Origin: Octopus bimaculoides
Lineage: Eukaryota
NCBI RefSeq assembly: GCF_001194135.2
Contig: NC_068985.1
Span: 117,808,509 to 117,846,584, forward strand
DNA: 38,076 bases
Reading direction: 5' to 3'
The position numbers were made by a program, and so were the translations under genes. Under the pieces are notes generated by a model. The model was not told the DNA's origin, did no database searches, and saw only the letters and a program-made list of their open reading frames with translations. This document shows, in pieces, positions 22,215 through 34,156 of this stretch; positions within the stretch are counted from its first letter, which is position 1; each line of letters starts with the position of its first letter.

Positions 22215-22215
<1 letters not shown>
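21657..22215 (-). mobile_element. R4/Dong-clade LINE, endonuclease-only 3' fragment (R4-B), a distinct subfamily
   Basis: RCHDNVARMIQWELC (RHD region), ENENCKILWD, HRKPDIVV, IIDIACPGDNRI, VDVIPIVKGALG, ALLGAARILRKVLEA*, short 3' UTR. (AAT)n at the 5' junction; (AAC)n then (AAT)n at the 3' junction. Confidence 0.9.
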
Positions 22216-22254
<39 letters not shown>

Positions 22255-22363
22255 TTTCATCCTTTCGGGGTCGATTAAATAAGTACCAGTTACGCACTGG
22301 GGTCGATGTAACTGACTATCCCCTCCCCCAAATTTCAGGCTTTGTGCCTATAGTAGAAAGGAT
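22255..22363 (+). mobile_element. SINE family B, 5'-truncated tail between two (ATT)n tracts
   Basis: ttcatcctttcggggtcgattaaataagtaccagttacgcactggggtcgatgtaac...caaatttcaggctttgtgcctatagtagaaaggattat matches the 3' part of 17956-18160. Confidence 0.88.
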
Positions 22364-22369
22364 TATCAA

Positions 22370-22438
<69 letters not shown>

Positions 22439-22475
22439 CATTATTATTATTATTATTATCATTATCATTGTTATT

Positions 22476-23038
22476 GAGTGAGAGAGCAGTGCATGCCATC
22501 AAAGTGACACTGGGGTAAAATATACGAAGACCAGTATACCCATCATGACTACCCGTCAGATAAGGGTACACCAGGCACATGCATCACAACCATATGTGCG
22601 CAACATGGTGATCTCATATCAACATAAACAGCGCATGACCTCGCATGTGGGGCCCAGTTAGAATTTTCTTAAGGTTGAGTAGCCCATCCCGCTCAAAAGG
22701 TCCCTGAATAAAGTTTGTTGAAGGATGTTGATCAAAAAACACATGTTTCCGAAATTGAATTATTCAAACCCCAAAGAATTCCTCTCAACACATGGCTATG
22801 ATGTTCCACCACTACTTCTGCTCATGATCAGAGATGCACATATCGTCAGCCACCAAGGGACATGCTCAACTGGTTATGGTCAAACAACTGACAAGCAAAT
22901 CTATGGTATTGAGCAGAATATTTGTTATAGCCCATCTTTTTATACCAAGACAAAACAATAAACAATATACATGATAACACTTCCAATCAATTAAGATCAG
23001 AAGCCATGAGAGCCACTGGCTGGCACTGCATCCGAGCA

Positions 23039-23040
<2 letters not shown>
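22476..23040 (-). mobile_element. ~560-bp non-autonomous element, copy 2, bounded by (ATT)n on both sides
   Basis: Colinear with 560-1106; tracts at 22364-22475 and 23043-23103. Confidence 0.88.
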
Positions 23041-23102
<62 letters not shown>

Positions 23103-23103
23103 C

Positions 23104-24720
23104 AATCTTTTAACTCAGGTTTTCTTGAAACTCTTGGATTCTTGCATGCGTAGTGGGCTTGCTACCTGCGTCCTATGATACCATAGTATCTGTTTCTGTT
23201 TTGTTCTTAAAATATCTAATATTTTCCTGATGATTCTGACCGTGCAAAAGACCAAACCCTTTGTAACATCTCTACTGGGCATTCTATTCCGATTTCTTAT
23301 ATATTCTTCTTGATGCCTTCTGATATTGTCCCCAACAATAGTTGACACTATCTTTACCTTCTTCATTTTCCACAGCAGTGCTATTTCATATTTGCGACCC
23401 TTTCATGGAGCCCTCTCAGCTTCTTCACCCAATAACCATGAACACCGTCCGGTCTTGGATTCTTTCAATTTGAAATTGTACTTATCTATCTTTTTATGTT
23501 TCTGTATTTATTTTTATGTTGTCTTGGCCTTGTATATTTCTCAACCTATTTTGGATTTCATTCAGCCACTCCCCTTTATCATTATGCTTTATATGTTGAT
23601 CTTAGATTCTTCCTCCAGAATTCCTTGCTTTCATATGTATCAGGTACCAGTGTTAGGTGTAATTGCCCATCTAGTTCCACAAACAGTTTTTCTCCGATTG
23701 CCTTCGAAGTATCCGTCTGAGTGAAATTTTTTTTTCCTATTGTCAAGTTTTGCCTTGATTGCTACTGCTCTTTGTTTTAATTATTCCGACATTACATCAT
23801 ACCCTTTATCTTTTATTCTCTATGTTCTTTCCGCTTTTATTCTTACGCTTTCGTTTGCAGTTCCCCTCTTTTAAATCAATCAACTTGTCCCAAATGTCTT
23901 TCTAACTTTGTTTCTCACAAAATCGTCTCCGTCTGTATGGTTCTTTACTTAGTGTTTGTTCTCTTCCTGTGTAACCAACTCTTTCAGCGGCAACCCTAGC
24001 TGCAACCCTTATTATCGTGTTAGTTTCAGTTATATATACCCTCTGAAATAGTCCAAGAGCAGAATCTATTTTTTAGGTTTCTGCTTTTAGCTTGCGCCTA
24101 TCAGCATATCTCAGGTTAGAGGCGGGTGTATTTGAACCTGGCTTTCTCTAATATATCGGAATATCATTCTCACTGCTTTGTTAATCAGCATCATATCCTT
24201 GTAATATAGCTCTTCCCACTACTTCGTCTTCATTTGCCAGCAATGCATTTACACCTTGCCCTAAATCTTGTTACTATTCATTCCTGTCCCCGATAGGCAC
24301 ATTATCTGCTGAGGCAGTATTATCATCATTTTCTATTTTCCTTTTTATCTCTTCAATTTCCATGTCTGTTAACCACCAATTTGTTCTTATTGCTTTGTGC
24401 CTACCCGTTGCTTACTTATCTCAAAGAGTCCCGTTTCATCCCATTTTGATTTCAGGCGTTGTCGGAAACCCCTTCTACTGGGTTCACTTCTGATTCAGCA
24501 TTCAATCAGAGAACGGTTTGCTTCCTTGTCCCACCCTTTTCTCTGCCTCCGACTTTGGGTTTAAGCAGTTTCTGAATGGCAACATGGCCTGCGCTGCTCA
24601 ACCACAGTGCATCCGCCGAGCAAAAGACCTTCCGCCTTGGTTCCACTCTCATCCACGGGACACTTGTATTGGACGTTTTCACTCTACATTGAGGTTTGTG
24701 TCTTAAAGTTAGCCACCAAC
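23104..24720 (-). mobile_element. R4/Dong-clade LINE with a large internal deletion (R4-C)
   Basis: N-terminal frames GGCTVVEQ, SEPSRRGFRQRLKSKWDETGLFEISKQR, WLTDMEIEEIKRKIEN, PDGVHGYWVKKLRGLHERVA, fused at ~23393 to C-terminal KYEIALLWKMKKVKIVSTIVG...TVRIIRKILDI, then a 3' UTR and (AAT)n. The 5' boundary is approximate. Confidence 0.8.
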
Positions 24721-24789
24721 CAATATTTTTATCGAAACACCATCACCAGTAAGATTGTCAACCATGACTGAGGACTTCTTCCTACTCCT

Positions 24790-24925
24790 ACCAAATCCAC
24801 TCAAAAGGTTATGGTCGGCCGAACTCTATAGTAAAAGATACATCCCCAAGGTGCCACACAGTGGGAGTGAACCCGGAATCATATGGCTGGAAAGCAATCT
24901 TCTTGCCACACAGACCATGCCGGCA
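24790..24925 (-). mobile_element. SINE family A head fragment
   Basis: ccaaatccactc...tggtcggcc...ccccaaggtgccacacagtgggagtgaacccggaatc...cttgccacacag matches the reverse complement of the family A head. Confidence 0.8.
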
Positions 24926-24969
24926 TCAATAATATATACACATAGATGCATATATATGCATATAGACAT

Positions 24970-25001
<32 letters not shown>

Positions 25002-25509
25002 GTATATATGTGTGTGTATATATGGACAACGCTGTATGGCGTTCGATTATAAATAAATAAGATAGAAAATACACATGAAGTACAGAACAAAATACCAAAA
25101 TATACACAGTAAGGACAGAACACCAGCAACGAGTGAAAAATATGTAAACACATAACAAGAGACAAGAACGGGACAAAATACCAAAAAAACCTCTAACACC
25201 TCCTGAGTTGTCCACTGTTTTTATTACTCCCTACTCCGCGCTTTCAACGACGAGATAGGAAAACTTCATAAGGTAGCAGCATCCAGAAACTTTAAAAAAT
25301 ATAAAATTTGTGGAAAGTTAGGGTTTCGAACGAACAAACAGCAACAGAGTGGACGTACAGAGTAAACAATCGACGAAGAGAAATATTAAGCGCTGTTAGG
25401 CCAAGACGCAATGTAATGGATACGCCTAGGAGAAATTTTGAAAGGATATAGAATAAATAGAAGAGGAGAAAATAGTAGAAGATATCTATAAATATATACG
25501 AATATATAC

Positions 25510-25672
25510 TCTTTACTTGTTTCAGTCATTTGATCCCATGACTTATTCTTTGTAAGCCTAGTACTTATTCTATCGGTCTCTCTTGCCGAACCACTAAGTT
25601 ACGGGGACGTAAACACACCAACATCGGTTGTCAAGCGACGTTGGGAGGACAAACACAAACACACAAACATAC

Positions 25673-25709
<37 letters not shown>

Positions 25710-26192
25710 NNNNNNNNNNNNNNNNNNNNNNNNNNNNNNNNNNNNNNNNNNNNNNNNNNNNNNNNNNNNNNNNNNNNNNNNNNNNNNNNNNNNNNNNNNN
25801 NNNNNNNNNNNNNNNNNNNNNNNNNNNNNNNNNNNNNNNNNNNNNNNNNNNNNNNNNNNNNNNNNNNNNNNNNNNNNNNNNNNNNNNNNNNNNNNNNNNN
25901 NNNNNNNNNNNNNNNNNNNNNNNNNNNNNNNNNNNNNNNNNNNNNNNNNNNNNNNNNNNNNNNNNNNNNNNNNNNNNNNNNNNNNNNNNNNNNNNNNNNN
26001 NNNNNNNNNNNNNNNNNNNNNNNATATATATATATATACATATATACGACAGGCTTCTTTCAGTTTCTGTCTACTAAAGCCACTCACAAGGCTTTGGTCG
26101 GCCCGAGGCTATAGTAGAAGACACTTGCCCAAGGTGCCGCGCAGTGGAACCATGTGGTTGGTAAGCAAGCTACTTACCACACAGCCACTCCT
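25510..26192 (-). mobile_element. SINE family A; internal microsatellite largely in an N gap
   Basis: 3' half at 25510-25650 and 5' half at 26046-26192 flank a (CA)/(TA) tract plus gap. Confidence 0.88.
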
Positions 26193-26514
26193 CTATTATA
26201 TATTGGGAAATTTGATTTAAAATTGCTAAATCGAATTTTCCCTGTAAGTTTTGAAATTGTATTCCTTAATATTATTATTATATATCGCAATCATCTATCA
26301 GTATATATAATGATTTTTTCTTGCTGGATTTAACACACTTAATTAATACTAACGCTGCATCATGTATCTCTTCTATTCAGTAGAGTTTCTTTAACGGGAA
26401 AAGAATAACGTGTGGAGGGCGTCTATGTGTGAGTGAGTGTGCACGTACTGTTATGCGTGTGTCTGAGTGTATACCCTTATATACATTTTTACATACATAC
26501 ATAATACATACAGG

Positions 26515-26626
<112 letters not shown>

Positions 26627-27667
26627 TTAACTTATAGACATAGATATAAATAAAGATAGCATAAAAACATGAAATTTATACTTAGAAACATACAAACATC
26701 CATTTCTATATATGTGGGAAACTGTATATGTATATTTGTATGTACATATATACATATATATNNNNNNNNNNNNNNNNNNNNNNNNNNNNNNNNNNNNNNN
26801 NNNNNNNNNNNNNNNNNNNNNNNNNNNNNNNNNNNNNNNNNNNNNNNNNNNNNNNNNNNNNNNNNNNNNNNNNNNNNNNNNNNNNNNNNNNNNNNNNNNN
26901 NNNNNNNNNNNNNNNNNNNNNNNNNNNNNNNNNNNNNNNNNNNNNNNNNNNNNNNNNNNNNNNNNNNNNNNNNNNNNNNNNNNNNNNNNNNNNNNNNNNN
27001 NNNNNNNNNNNNNNNNNNNNNNNNNNNNNNNNNNNNNNNNNNNNNNNNNNNNNNNNNNNNNNNNNNNNNNNNNNNNNNNNNNNNNNNNNNNNNNNNNNNN
27101 NNNNNNNNNNNNNNNNNNNNNNNNNNNNNNNNNNNNNNNNNNNNNNNNNNNNNNNNNNNNNNNNNNNNNNNNNNNNNNNNNNNNNNNNNNNNNNNNNNNN
27201 NNNNNNNNNNNNNNNNNNNNNNNNNNNNNNNNNNNNNNNNNNNNNNNNNNNNNNNNNNNNNNNNNNNNNNNNNNNNNNNNNNNNNNNNNNNNNNNNNNNN
27301 NNNNNNNNNNNNNNNNNNNNNNNNNNNNNNNNNNNNNNNNNNNNNNNNNNNNNNNNNNNNNNNNNNNNNNNNNNNNNNNNNNNNNNNNNNNNNNNNNNNN
27401 NNNNNNNNNNNNNNNNNNNNNNNNNNNNNNNNNNNNNNNNNNNNNNNNNNNNNNNNNNNNNNNNNNNNNNNNNNNNNNNNNNNNNNNNNNNNNNNNNNNN
27501 NNNNNNNNNNNNNNNNNNNNNNNNNNNNNNNNNNNNNNNNNNNNNNNNNNNNNNNNNNNNNNNNNNNNNNNNNNNNNNNNNNNNNNNNNNNNNNNNNNNN
27601 NNNNNNNNNNNNNNNNNNNNNNNNNNNNNNNNNNNNNNNNNNNNNNNNNNNNNNNNNNNNNNNNNNN

Positions 27668-27837
27668 GGTGGTGGTGGTGATGATGGTGATGGTGGTGAT
27701 GATAAGGAGGAGGAGGAGAAGAAAGAGGAGGAAGAGGAGGAGGAGGAAGAAGAGGAGGAAGAAGAAGAGGAGGAGGAAGAAGAGGAGGAGGAAGAAGAAG
27801 AGGAGGAAGAAGAGGAGGAGGAAGAAAAGGAGGAGTA
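27668..27837. repeat. (GGT)/(GAT)/(GAG)/(GAA)n trinucleotide field
   Basis: Direct reading of the sequence. Confidence 0.95.
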
Positions 27838-28039
27838 AATAAATATGATCCTGTTAATATCATCATTATCATCATTATAGCTTTTAGAAACATCCTCGTC
27901 AGAATTATAATAATAATGTTGAAAGTGATGATAATGGTGATGATGATGATTATCAACATCAAAACGTTTGTCAAAATGAACAGCAGCAACAGTAATATAA
28001 GATATAATTATCCGGCTCGTAGATATCTTTTCCAGTAAA

Positions 28040-28252
28040 GTCACAAGGCCTGGAATTTGGGGATGGTGGGGGAGGGGGGTTAATCGATTATATCGACCCC
28101 ACTGCGTAACTGATACTTATCGCATTTGCATCGACACCGAAAGGATAAAAGGTAAACTGACCTTGGCGAAATTTGAACTTAAAACGTAAAGGTGGACGAA
28201 ATGCCACCAAATAAATTTCCCAGCGTGCTAACGATTCTCCCAGCTCACCGTC
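28040..28252 (-). mobile_element. SINE family B, near full length
   Basis: Minus strand begins aagacggtgagctgggagaatcgttagcacgctggg and continues ...gttttaagttcaaatttcgccaagg..., matching 18179 onward. Confidence 0.85.
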
Positions 28253-28299
28253 TTCCGACCCGTAATAATAGTTCAAATATTTGTCTATTAGTATCCAGG

Positions 28300-28409
28300 G
28301 GTGGAGGCGCAATGGCACAGTGCTTAGGGTAGCGGACTCGCGGTCATAGGATCGCGCAATCGATTCCCAGACCGAGCGTTGTGAGTGTTTATTGAGCGAA
28401 AACATCTAA
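28300..28409 (+). mobile_element. tRNA-derived SINE family D, head; continues at 29812
   Basis: ggaggcgcaatggcacagtgcttagggtagcggactcgcggtcataggatcgcgcaatcgattcccagacc is tRNA-shaped (A-box-like tggcacagtg, decayed B box). Its last 33 nt are identical to 29812-29844. Confidence 0.8.
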
Positions 28410-28529
28410 NNNNNNNNNNATATATATACACACACACATATACATATATAATATGAAGCAGGTGCCGCATGTGGTGATGTTAATACAATAGAAGACATTG
28501 CTGCGATGGTAGAGATTGCTGTCGATAGT

Positions 28530-28577
28530 GCTAGCAGCAGTAGCAGCAGTAGCAGCAGCAGCAGCAGCTGCAGTAGT

Positions 28578-28664
<87 letters not shown>

Positions 28665-28680
28665 TCTAGTAGTAGTAGTG
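28530..28680. repeat. (AGC)n(AGT)n microsatellite
   Basis: Direct reading of the sequence. Confidence 0.95.
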
Positions 28681-29811
28681 GAGAAGTCAGTGATGGTATT
28701 GAGTGTAAAGGGGAGGATTATGGTGGTGGTAGCGGTGGTTGGTGATAGTGCAAAAAATATCATAACTTAAAGAATAAACGTTAAGAGACGAGACATTGCT
28801 TACAATTCTTTAGAAATACGAAATCCATAGGTTTTTGCAATAGAAAACTTTGCAGACGTCACGCTAAATATTGAAAACTTTCAATAAAAATTTCATCACA
28901 ATCATCATCACCATAACCATCGTCGTCGTCGTAGTTCCAAAAGTTATCATCAACATCATTATTATCATCAATACCAATATCGGTATATCTTTTGTGATAA
29001 TATTCATTTGCAGAATAACGTCGATGATGATGATAATGATGATGATGATCGTAGTGGTGGTGGTGGTGGTGGTGGTGGTGGNNNNNNNNNNNNNNNNNNN
29101 NNNNNNNNNNNNNNNNNNNNNNNNNNNNNNNNNNNNNNNNNNNNNNNNNNNNNNNNNNNNNNNNNNNNNNNNNNNNNNNNNNNNNNNNNNNNNNNNNNNN
29201 NNNNNNNNNNNNNNNNNNNNNNNNNNNNNNNNNNNNNNNNNNNNNNNNNNNNNNNNNNNNNNNNNNNNNNNNNNNNNNNNNNNNNNNNNNNNNNNNNNNN
29301 NNNNNNNNNNNNNNNNNNNNNNNNNNNNNNNNNNNNNNNNNNNNNNNNNNNNNNNNNNNNNNNNNNNNNNNNNNNNNNNNNNNNNNNNNNNNNNNNNNNN
29401 NNNNNNNNNNNNNNNNNNNNNNNNNNNNNNNNNNNNNNNNNNNNNNNNNNNNNNNNNNNNNNNNNNNNNNNNNNNNNNNNNNNNNNNNNNNNNNNNNNNN
29501 NNNNNNNNNNNNNNNNNNNNNNNNNNNNNNNNNNNNNNNNNNNNNNNNNNNNNNNNNNNNNNNNNNNNNNNNNNNNNNNNNNNNNNNNNNNNNNNNNNNN
29601 NNNNNNNNNNNNNNNNNNNNNNNNNNNNNNNNNNNNNNNNNNNNNNNNNNNNNNNNNNNNNNNNNNNNNNNNNNNNNNNNNNNNNNNNNNNNNNNNNNNN
29701 NNNNNNNNNNNNNNNNNNNNNNNNNNNNNNNNNNNNNNNNNNNNNNNNNNNNNNNNNNNNNNNNNNNNNNNNNNNNNNNNNNNNNNNNNNNNNNNNNNNN
29801 NNNNNNNNNNN

Positions 29812-30118
29812 CGTTGTGAGTGTTTATTGAGCGAAAACATCTAAAACTCCACGAGACTCCGGCAGGGGATGGTGGCGAACCCTGCTGTACTCTTTCACCA
29901 CAACTTTCTCTCACTCTTGCTTCCTGTTTCTGTTGTGCCTGTAATTCAAAGGGTCAGCCTTGTCACACTGTGTCACGCTGAATATCCCCGAGAACTACGT
30001 TAAGGGTACACGTGTCTGTGGAGTGCTCAGCCACTTGCACGTTAATTTCACGAGCAGGCTGTTCCGTTGATCGAATCAACTGGAACCCTCGTCGTCGTAA
30101 GCGACGGAGTGCCAACAC
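29812..30118 (+). mobile_element. tRNA-derived SINE family D, body
   Basis: Starts with the same 33 nt that end the head at 28377-28409; higher-GC non-coding body ending gtcgtaagcgacggagtgccaaca. Confidence 0.7.
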
Positions 30119-30599
30119 AAGTATCCAGGAGCAACATAATTTCACAAATATATAGTTACCGATTTTTAACATTAGCTTTTCTCAATACTTCGTTTCTGGA
30201 TTTGGTTTGCAAGATTCTTTATGTGAGTTCGTGTGTTGAAACATATTCTGTTGTTTCTGGGGAGAGTCATTTTCTTTTGGTGCCTTATAATTTAACACTC
30301 TCACCGGATGAAATTTCCACTTATTTCTTATTTTTATTTTCCTAAAATTTTCGTTGCGTCTTGCAACCTTTTCAATAGCCTTTCCTCAATACATTTTTCC
30401 TTTTAGTATCGGAGCTTTCTCAACTCTATCTCAACGAAATTGGAACAGAATGGCACCTTTCTGCACGCTTTGCGTTGGTTTTCAAAAGATCATTGGAATG
30501 TTCATGGTTCCTTTAATCTTTTTTCAACATCAGGCTTTCAAAAGCTATTTAATGATTATGTCCTATATTTTTCCAGGTGAAAAGTAACATCTCTGTAGA

Positions 30600-30915
30600 A
30601 TTTTAGCAACAGATTTTTTTTAGCAAAGCCTTCGTAGATACTCTTCTGTGTGCTGTCATCTGGGTTTTTTTTTCCTATCTTTATTGAATGTACAATATTC
30701 AAGTCGTGATGAATCCTTGTTATAAATGCATAGTCAAACGACGGAGGATTGTTGTACTTGACCAACGTAGCGATTCGTTTCATAAATGTTACAAGTTTTA
30801 TATAATTAATAAGTACCAGTGCATACATGAAAGTTGTAATCTTCACAAATTAAACACTTTGTGTCATGCAACAAGAATATCGCATCGCTTGACCATGCAT
30901 TTGCCAGAAGTCACT
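30600..30915 (-). pseudogene. Possible Penelope-like GIY-YIG endonuclease remnant
   Basis: Across frameshifts the minus strand gives KCMVKRC, CLICE, LYKTCN, NRYVGQ and LRRLTMH, in the order of the Cys-rich linker, YIG and R..EH motifs of Penelope-like endonucleases. Confidence 0.4.
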
Positions 30916-30974
30916 GTAAAACGCTAAAATACATTACATGCAATACAGAATAGACTTTTTATACATATATAAGT

Positions 30975-31090
30975 ATGGTACTTATTCTAGCGGTCTCCTT
31001 TGCTGGACTACTAAGTCATAGGGAAATAAACGCATCAACACAGATTGTAAAGTGATGGCGGGGACAAACATAAACAAAGTGATATACATC
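30975..31090 (-). mobile_element. Degenerate SINE family A 3' fragment
   Basis: gtacttattctagcggtctcctttgctggactactaagt...ggggacaaaca resembles the family A 3' half. Confidence 0.65.
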
Positions 31091-31117
31091 TACACACATA
31101 TATGCGTACACACACAC

Positions 31118-31156
<39 letters not shown>

Positions 31157-33181
31157 NNNNNNNNNNNNNNNNNNNNNNNNNNNNNNNNNNNNNNNNNNNN
31201 NNNNNNNNNNNNNNNNNNNNNNNNNNNNNNNNNNNNNNNNNNNNNNNNNNNNNNNNNNNNNNNNNNNNNNNNNNNNNNNNNNNNNNNNNNNNNNNNNNNN
31301 NNNNNNNNNNNNNNNNNNNNNNNNNNNNNNNNNNNNNNNNNNNNNNNNNNNNNNNNNNNNNNNNNNNNNNNNNNNNNNNNNNNNNNNNNNNNNNNNNNNN
31401 NNNNNNNNNNNNNNNNNNNNNNNNNNNNNNNNNNNNNNNNNNNNNNNNNNNNNNNNNNNNNNNNNNNNNNNNNNNNNNNNNNNNNNNNNNNNNNNNNNNN
31501 NNNNNNNNNNNNNNNNNNNNNNNNNNNNNNNNNNNNNNNNATATATAAACATATATATATATATATATACACATATACATATATATATATATATATTAAT
31601 TATAAGTGGCGATGGCAGTCGATGTTACGATGGGGCACGTGACTGAAACTGATAACAATATTTATAACGATGATGATGACGATGATGATGATTATGATGG
31701 TAGCAATGTTAGTTATTTTAAAACAACAAAGAATTATATTTCTGTTTTTGTTTGTTTATATTTATATATTCTATATATTTTTCTTCTTTTCTTTTTCTTT
31801 TTTTTTTCTATAATTTATCTCATTTCATTTCATTCTATTTCGTTTCAACATTTGTTTTGTTGTTAGTTTGTTTTTTTGCTTTCTTTTTTGTTTGTTTCCT
31901 GTGTTGTTTTCGTTTTGTAGCTAGCTTTATATATAATTTTATTTATTCATTTATTTATTTATTTATTTATTTATTTATTAAGAAATTTTATGTATTTATT
32001 TTCTTTTTCGTCCGCTATCGAAGTTGATTAAAAGATACTTTGTATTGAAATACGTTTTTGAAATTCTGTTAAAAGACGGGTTTAGAACGGTGCACTAAAC
32101 AAGCTTACTGAATAGATCGGCCATTTTCATTGCGGCATCGTTAGCAGAGAAATGTTGATAGTGGTGCTGGTATTACTGGTGGTGGTGGTGGTGGTAGTGG
32201 TGGTGGTGGTGGTGGTGGTGGTGTTACTGGTGGTTGTAATGTCGGTGGCGGTAGAGATAGCAAGATCTACAATGGTAGTGTTTCTGCTGGTAGTGGTATG
32301 GTAATACTGATTATTATTGTGGTGGTGGTGGTAGTATTAGTGGTGATGATAGCAGTAGTACAGATGGTATTTTTCTTATTGTTAGTCGTGGTCATGACGG
32401 TGGCATTGGCGGTATTATTGGCGGTGGTGGTGGTGGTGGTGATGGTTACAGTCTGTCATACCGGCCATGATGAAATACCACAAGGTATAGAAANNNNNNN
32501 NNNNNNNNNNNNNNNNNNNNNNNNNNNNNNNNNNNNNNNNNNNNNNNNNNNNNNNNNNNNNNNNNNNNNNNNNNNNNNNNNNNNNNNNNNNNNTATATAT
32601 ACACATATATATATATATACATATATACATGTATGTATGTATGTATGTTTGTATGTATGTATGTACTGTATTCGATGGCTTGTACAACACACTTTTTTTC
32701 AAAAACAAAAAAATACTGCAGAAATCGCCCCGGGTCTTATATGAGAAGTTGCGTTTCTCTTAAGCTAATTCTGTTCCTGACGCTCACAGCAGTAGGCTAA
32801 TTTTTATCTTCTACGTAGTCTGACTTCATGATATATGCTCAGCTATTCTACTAACTTACTTTTTATATGCAGTAATGATCTCTGCTACAGCTATGGTATT
32901 TTTGTAATGCTCTGTAATGTACTGTAGTAATGTACTACTTTAAGTATTACACACTTTAATGCACAAGAACGCTCTTTTTGTTAATATATGCTGCTGGAAT
33001 TAGGGTGCATTTTATATGCCCGAAAATGTTTTATGCCATCAAATAGATCATGTATGCTTATATAAAAAAAATAAGATATAGCTCCTTGCCGAGTCATATA
33101 GACTCATAGTATTGGCTTCCTGGATTCTCTGACGGGAAACTCTTCCGTTGTAAGATTACTCACTTTTGCCAGCTGAGTGGA

Positions 33182-33449
33182 CCGATCACATGGAGCAAAG
33201 TGTTTGCCTCCATTTCGGATAACACAGTCTCGTTTAGAGATTCTCGTGAATTCTCGTGAATAAGACAATGATATAAGGGACGTTACTCTTGGGCATCATC
33301 TTTTGAATGTTTTGTCTTTTGGGAAAACTGTTGTATGGTCAATTTGTTTGCATTTATTTTTGTTCTGGGTGCGGTGTTGTAATATTGGTGTGCTGAAGTA
33401 GTTCGTCATTGGTGCATATTTCTTCTGGGAGTGGAGTGTGTTCAGATCT
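33182..33449 (+). mobile_element. ~270-bp interspersed unit, copy L (inverted relative to 33858-34156)
   Basis: ccgatcacatggagcaaagtg...cacagtctcgtttagaga...ttctcgtgaataa...cgttactcttggg...caatttgtttgcatt...gtgtgttcagatct aligns end to end with the reverse complement of 33858-34156. Confidence 0.85.
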
Positions 33450-33857
33450 CGCGTTCAGAAAAGGTATATANNNNNNNNNNNNNNNNNNNNNNNNNNNNNN
33501 NNNNNNNNNNNNNNNNNNNNNNNNNNNNNNNNNNNNNNNNNNNNNNNNNNNNNNNNNNNNNNNNNNNNNNNNNNNNNNNNNNNNNNNNNNNNNNNNNNNN
33601 NNNNNNNNNNNNNNNNNNNNNNNNNNNNNNNNNNNNNNNNNNNNNNNNNNNNNNNNNNNNNNNNNNNNNNNNNNNNNNNGTGTGTGTGTGTGTGCGTGCG
33701 TGGTAGTATATGTGTGCGTAGGGTGAAGAGTAAAGACTCTCTTCAGTCACAAATGACCATGACATTGCAATTAGAAAGTTCCCTTCCGGGACACAAGTCC
33801 AGGCAAGGTTATTTGTGGAAGACCAGCAGTCGCCCATGCATACCAGCCTCCTCTCTC

Positions 33858-34156
33858 CAAATCTGAACACACATAGCACACAAACTCCACACACAGAACA
33901 AAATATGCCCCAGTGTCGAACTACCCCAACACACAAGTATGAGAACATACCCAGAACAAAACCAAAATAATGCAAACAAATTGACCACACAACAGTTTGC
34001 CCAAAAGACAAAACCAAAAGGAGACAAACACTCAAATAATGCCACCCAAGAGTAACGACCCTTGTTTCATTGTTTTATTCACGAGAATTTGCGAGACTCT
34101 CTAAACGAGACTGTGTTTTCCAAAGTAGAGGCGAACAACTTTCTCCATGTGATCGG
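33858..34156 (-). mobile_element. ~300-bp interspersed unit, copy R
   Basis: See copy L; both copies share the same two endpoints. Confidence 0.85.

Noticed and set aside
25040-25420. Possible further Penelope-like terminal repeat (minus strand gaaagcgcggagta...caactcagga)
   Set aside because: Too degenerate, and there is no second copy in the window to support it.
28300-28375. tRNA-shaped sequence
   Set aside because: The B box is degenerate and the sequence runs straight into a SINE body; treated as a SINE head, not a tRNA gene. The same applies to the family A, B and C heads.
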